From a virus (lineage: Duplodnaviria; Caudoviricetes), in the IMG/VR virus record IMGVR_UViG_3300034050_000106, positions 1 through 34,756 of that record: 34,756 bases of DNA; one strand, given 5' to 3'. The translations under genes were made by a program, and so were the position numbers. Position 1 is the stretch's first letter. Each line of letters starts with the position of its first letter. The notes beneath the pieces were generated by a model, which made no database searches, was not told the DNA's origin, and was given only the letters and a program-made list of their open reading frames with translations. This document shows positions 34,469 through 34,756 of the stretch, piece by piece.

Positions 34469-34756
34469 GTATCAAATTAATGACAGCAGTATGGGATAGG
34501 GAAGACCTATCATCCACACAAAAGCTTGTCCTTCTGTCTTTAGCAGATTGGGCAAACGATGAAGGGCTATGCTGGCCTTCCATTGAACGATTAGCCATTA
34601 AGACCAGTATGGCTGGCAGATCGGTTCAGCGTATCATTCGTGACTTAGAATCTATGGGCTTTGTTAGGCGCGATGAAGTGCTTGGCAAAGGGAATCGTTA
34701 TTGGATTTCGATACCCCTGACACAGTGTCACCCCTGTCCCAGTGTCACCCCACCCC
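34465..34756 (+). CDS. Phage replication initiator, 5' part (HTH domain); continues at position 128 of the circle
   Basis: MSIKLMTAVW...KLVLLSLADWANDEGLCWPSIERLA..T....RSVQRIIRDLE is a typical phage initiator HTH N-terminus. Confidence 0.88.
   Translation, partial: MSIKLMTAVWDREDLSSTQKLVLLSLADWANDEGLCWPSIERLAIKTSMAGRSVQRIIRDLESMGFVRRDEVLGKGNRYWISIPLTQCHPCPSVTPP
34630..34756. repeat. 127-bp terminal direct repeat, copy 2
   Basis: Identical to 1-127. Confidence 0.97.

Noticed and set aside
1-34756. tRNA genes, introns/inteins, stop-codon reassignment
   Set aside because: No cloverleaf noticed in the short intergenic gaps; core genes are full length and uninterrupted under the standard code. 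tRNAscan was not run.

Overview
This window is a complete, circularly assembled ~34,629-bp dsDNA phage genome; bases 1-127 are repeated at 34630-34756. The virion module is P22-like (podovirus): TerS, PBSX-type TerL, portal, scaffold, coat, gp4/gp10-like stabilisation proteins, a GNAT, three ejection proteins and two beta-helical tailspikes plus a fibre. A holin/endolysin/spanin cassette follows. A leftward early operon carries ERF, YqaJ exonuclease, NinB, GapR, SSB and an HNH. A rightward operon carries a Cro-like HTH, DUF1064, an HNH, an iteron-containing replication initiator, a loader, two DNA methyltransferases, MazG, a DnaA-domain-IV protein and DUF3310. GapR points to an alphaproteobacterial host (inference). 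No integrase or CI-type repressor is visible. The most interesting signals are RNA-level: (1) a candidate +1 programmed frameshift (internal SD, hairpin, AAC-UUU-CGC-UGA) that would fuse an ejection protein to an M15-type peptidoglycan peptidase; (2) a plasmid-like antisense-RNA/leader-peptide module upstream of the replication gene, with a second similar sRNA next to it; (3) an H-type pseudoknot plus SD-sequestering helix ahead of the scaffold gene; (4) a repeated early promoter-leader cassette. All family assignments come from motif recognition and synteny by eye; no searches were run.
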